A DNA stretch of 64,000 nt from Schmidtea polychroa (taxonomy: Eukaryota). The number at the start of each line of letters is the position of its first letter. Positions within the stretch are counted from its first letter, which is position 1. Of this stretch, positions 59,401-64,000 are shown piece after piece. The position numbers were made by a program, and so were the translations under genes. The stretch is from contig CM097885.1 of the NCBI GenBank assembly GCA_044892525.1, forward strand, positions 42,658,001-42,722,000, in the 5' to 3' direction. Under the pieces are notes generated by a model. It did not search any database, was not told the origin of the DNA, and saw nothing but the letters and a program-made list of their open reading frames with translations.

Positions 59401-62400
59401 ATGGAATCACATTTGTCAATAGGTATTTGCCAAGGTATCATTCACTTGTATCACACTTCTCTTCTAAAATTACTATATAGTCATGGAAACCGTTGAAATG
59501 GAAACAAATATGAAACCTTTGTACCTATCATACGATTTTATCTAATTCCCTAAATTGAATAAATTGATAGATACATTGATTGATCACAAAATGAAATTCC
59601 CTACAAAATGAGATATTGTTCTCCGTTCCGTCATTTCCCAACCGAATTTTATATATTTTGATCAATATATCGATAGGAAAATTTAAATTTTCTTAAATTT
59701 TGCAGGTTTTGTATTTATATGATCGATACGCATTTATTTAATTTTATTTCGATATTTTGTTTTATTATTTTTAATAGTAAATTTTATTATTATTAGTTTT
59801 TATTTAATTTTTGCTTTAATTATTAATTTTATTTATATTTATTATAAATATTATTATTATTTATTATTATTATTATTTTTATTTATTATTATCATTATTT
59901 TTATTTATTATTATTTTTATTATTATTATTTTAAATATATTATTATATTAATTTTTTTTTATTTAATTAAATTAAATTTTATTATTTATTTTAATAATAT
60001 TGAATTGATATTGATATAATAATATTGAATTGATATTGATATAATAATATTGAATTGATATTGATATAATAATATTGAATTGATATTGATATAATAATAT
60101 TGAATTGATATTGATATAATAATATTGAATTGATATTGATATAATAATATTGAATTGATATTGATATAATAATATTGAATTGATATTGATATAATAATAT
60201 TGAATTGATATTGATATAATAATATTGAGTTGATATTGATATAATAATATTGAATTGATATTGATATAATAATATTGAATTGATATTGATATAATAATAT
60301 TGAATTGATATAGAAATAATAATATTGAATTGATATTGATATAATAATATTGAATTGATATAGAAATAATAATATCGAATTGATATTGATATAATAATAC
60401 TGAATTGATATTAAAATAATAATATTGAATTGACAGGAATAATAACATTAAATTGATAATCAATATACCTGAATTCACAAAATCCTTCAAGATAAATACA
60501 TATATGTTTTTCTCGTTGCGCTTTATTAACAAATCTAAGAAAGCAAGTTATGAATACCACGCGGTAATGCAAACTGTTCATATCAGTTTCATATTGGCCT
60601 AGGAAATAAGAATCGATGTTGAAATCACAAAAGCATTTATGATATCCAGCATCGTGGCATTCCTCGAGTGTAATTGGTGGCGTGGTATGCAAAGGCTAAC
60701 TGTACAGAATCCCCCTGGGCAAATACCCCCCCCCCCCCCCCTCGCCACTCCTCTCCCTACCGCTAGATGATAGTGGTGAATAAATAACAGCATTTACTAG
60801 GCGATGGTGAGCAAATGGTGTACAAATTGAAGGAGGATGTGAGAATCCACCTCTACATCAGCAGCGCCCCGTGTGGCGATTCAAGGATATTCATGCCGCA
60901 GTCCCTCAACTCCAGCACCGCTGCTGCCGAGGACCTGGACGAGGAGCCGCCAGCAGCATCCCTGGATGATGGCAATGAGGACTCTCATCCTAACCGCAAA
61001 AACAGGGGCGTCCTTAGAACGAAAATCGAATGCGGTATCAAATAGATATTCAATCATGAATTTATTGACTTTCAATTTGACAGGGGAAGGAACGATTCCG
61101 ATCAAGACGAAATTTCTGCAGACATGGGATGGAATATTGGGAGGAGAGCGCTTGTTGACTATGTCGTGTTCGGATAAGGTTTGCACTTGGAATGTGGTGG
61201 GGCTCCAGGTGACTGCTTTGGCTATTTTTATTGATGTTATTGCATTGATGTGGCTATGATGATATTGATATTGCAATGATAATATTGATGATATTGATAT
61301 TGCATTGATTATATTGATATTGCATTGATTATATTGATATTGCATTGATGATATTGCTATTACATTGATGATATTGATATTGCATTGATGATATTGCTAT
61401 TACATTGATGATATTGATATTGCATTGATTATATTGATATTGCAATGATTATATTGATATTGCATTGATTATATTGATATTGCATTGATTATATTGGTAT
61501 TGCATTGATTATATTGATATTGCATTGATTATATTGATATTGCATTGATGATATTGCTATTACATTGATGATATTGATATTGCAATGATTATATTGATAT
61601 TGCAATGATTATATTGATATTTCATTGATTATATTGATATTGCAATGATTATATTGATATTGCAATGATTATATTGATATTGCAATGATTATATTGATAT
61701 TGCATTGATTATATTGATAATATTGGAATTATCAAATATTTCCTGTCGTATTCCATCTCCACGAGTCCTCATTCTGGAATCAGCTCCTTCACTTGCTTGG
61801 TCCAGAATTGTTATATTCGTATTGTTGCTAGCTCCTTCTTTCACTCCTCCCTTTCACTCCTCCCATCCAGCTAAATGATTTGCCATAGCAACTGCACCTG
61901 CTTTCTGCCATCCCAATCAATTACAGGTCGCCAGTAATTGTTACAACATTGCTGCATTTGCAAACCCGTTGCCTAATTCTCCCTCATCATTTCCTGCGTT
62001 CCATCACTCAAACTCCTCGGAAGTAAGAAACAAAGGCGGAAATTTGATAATTGTTAACTTGTGATTGTGCTTCTGTTATCTGCAGCATTCGCTTTCCCTT
62101 CTTGTTAACCTTGCAATTCTCGGGTAAACTATCTGTCTAACGCCCCCACCCCCCACGAGCCGCTTTGGGGTTTATACAGACAAATACGCATTAACATCTC
62201 ATCTGGCCTTGTCTACTGTTCTGAAAGCAGGAACTTCCACCATTATTTGAGCCTTCTACGCCACACTTTAGCACTCCCAGATAAATCACGGAACCATTGT
62301 GCATATGCATTTCTTGTCACTTGACATCTCGAAATTCGCAACGTTTATAAGATTAGTTATCCTATCAGAACACAACTTTACCAATCAATTTCTGAATACC

Positions 62401-63445
62401 ATTCCCAATCCAATGTCTAACAGTAATAACTGATTCTTAATCAAAATAAAAATTTTTATATTGAAATAATAATATTGAAATTGATATTGAAATTGATATT
62501 GAAATTGATATTGAAATTGATATTGAAATTGATATTGAAATTGATATTGAAATTGATTTTGAAATTGATATTGAAATTGATATTGAAATTGATATTGAAA
62601 TTGATATTGAAATCAATAATGAAATTATTTTTGAAATTACTTTTGAAATTACTATTGAAATCATTTATTTTAAAACATCATTTGAATAGGGAGCACTTTT
62701 AAGTAATGTTCTCTGCAACCCAATATATCTTGACAGTATCACAATCGGATCTATATTTCATCATGAACATTCAGTAAGAGCTTTGTATGATAGAGCAAGA
62801 GGTGTAACAGAAGAGTTAGAATGGCTCAATGGAAATGTTATACAAAGCGAAGAATGCGAACAAGGCGAGTTGCAAATCATCCTGGACACCAGTGACTGTT
62901 TCCAAGTGAATAATCCCTTCATCCTGACTGTGAGCAACCAAGATGACCGATGTCCAGGGAAAGCATCCAATTTCAGGTAACAAATAGTGATGTGATGAAA
63001 TTGGCCCCGTGAATGAGTGATTGCTTTATTGTCTAGCATCAATTGGATCCTCGGTGAGGAATCATATGAGATCATATCTACCTCCAAAGGTGTGACATTA
63101 CAAAATGCTCCATCGCGACTGTGCAAGCACAATCTTTTTACCAAGTTCCTCTCGATATTCAATTGGCTGCCGCTACTCAACAGCTCCGATAACAACTATT
63201 ACCAATATAATGTCATGAAGAGCCTCTCTAATGTTCCCGATTACGCGCTCGGAGCTGTCAATTACCAAAAGAAAAAGATTTGCCTCTTCAAATATTTCGA
63301 TAAACAAAATTTTGGCCTTTGGATTGGGAAACCGATTGAGCAGGATTGGTTTTCTGTGCGATACCCCGCTGGCGCTACGATAGGCACTGTCACTGCTGGT
63401 GCTGTCACAACTGGAGCTGCAGCTGTGCCGGATGAGGAGAACTGA
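56468..63445 (+). CDS. ADAR: dsRNA-specific adenosine deaminase, ADAR2-like (2 dsRBDs plus deaminase). Exons approx. 56468-56501, 56546-56832, 56886-57107, 58394-58481, 58532-59176, 60801-61034, 61084-61208, 62690-62976, 63037-63445
   Basis: dsRBDs (NSLMQLNE...; [14 protein letters not shown]) and deaminase motifs [49 protein letters not shown] and WIGKP. Splice phases are consistent; exon 5 may hide additional small introns. Confidence 0.93.
59992..60430 (+). repeat. 25-bp minisatellite in an ADAR intron
   Basis: (ATAATAATATTGAATTGATATTGAT)n. Confidence 0.95.
61260..61720 (+). repeat. 20-bp minisatellite in an ADAR intron
   Basis: (ATATTGATATTGCATTGATT)n with variants. Confidence 0.95.
61740..62430 (-). 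mobile_element. Possible decayed non-LTR retrotransposon fragment in an ADAR intron
   Basis: GC-richer block with YLGV- and [14 protein letters not shown] remnants in broken frames. Confidence 0.3.
62472..62612 (+). repeat. 12-bp minisatellite in an ADAR intron
   Basis: (ATATTGAAATTG)n. Confidence 0.93.
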
Positions 63446-64000
63446 CCGTGTATCTCGGTTGCTATTGGTAACCATTATATTTGATCTTTTTTTCTCTTGT
63501 GCGTTTTATATTTGCTGTCAATATCTGCAGTTTTGCTATTATTTGATACGATTTTTTGCGCAATTGATTGATTGTGTGTTTGATGTTTTTTGTCTGGCAT
63601 TGATCGGGATTATTATCAATCAATTATCAACAAGTTTCTCTTCTGATTTATTATTGATTTTTACTAGCATTTATTAACCATTATCGATTATTATTTATAT
63701 TGATTATTTCATTACTATTAACGATTATTTATTACTAATATTCATTATTATCATTATTAATTTTATTATTAATGATTTTGATATTTATTGAAATCAGTGG
63801 CGGATTTAGATTTTGGTGCCTGGGGGCGAGGAAAATTTTCAGGGGGCGCCACAAATTATGAAGATGGTACTACTTATTTTCGCGACTATTGAGTGAATAC
63901 TAATATTATTAAAAGGCATTATATTCAGTAAATCTATTGATGTAGCAAACATTCAAGTTTATTTATTATTTAAATTGCTTCCTGCGTGATTTCATTGAAG

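Noticed and set aside
58377..63475. Antisense and alternate-frame ORFs over the ADAR locus, including 59972-60532 and 62437-62702
   Set aside because: Shadows of GC-richer ADAR exons or of intronic minisatellites.
63795..63850. CAGTGGCGGATTT...GGGGGCGCC transposon-end-like sequence
   Set aside because: No partner TIR within the window.

Overview
AT-rich eukaryotic (probably animal) genomic DNA with very short GT-AG introns of about 44-60 nt. The first two-thirds is taken up by two giant fold-back (palindromic) elements. Element A (<1..17806) has its apex spacer at 9654-10020. Element B (24182..41106) has its apex spacer at about 31892-32794. Both end in 5'-AGTAG...CTACT-3'. Element B has a perfect 6-bp target-site duplication (AGTATA) and splits a small MITE, while element A cuts a Gypsy reverse transcriptase mid-frame. 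These are Maverick/Polinton integration hallmarks, yet neither element shows any polymerase, integrase or capsid ORF. Instead they carry satellite arrays, a nested TA-flanked TIR family (CTCTGAGTTTATCCGAC) and, in A, an apparently intact spliced RING E3-ligase gene in two mirror copies. I interpret them as non-autonomous snap-back derivatives of Mavericks (inference). The rest of the window holds a nested Gypsy LTR element, decayed pogo/Tigger, hAT, MULE and Penelope elements, a secreted Thr-rich protein gene, and a head-to-head TAF9 / ADAR gene pair. All calls were made by eye from the sequence and ORF track; no database searches were run.
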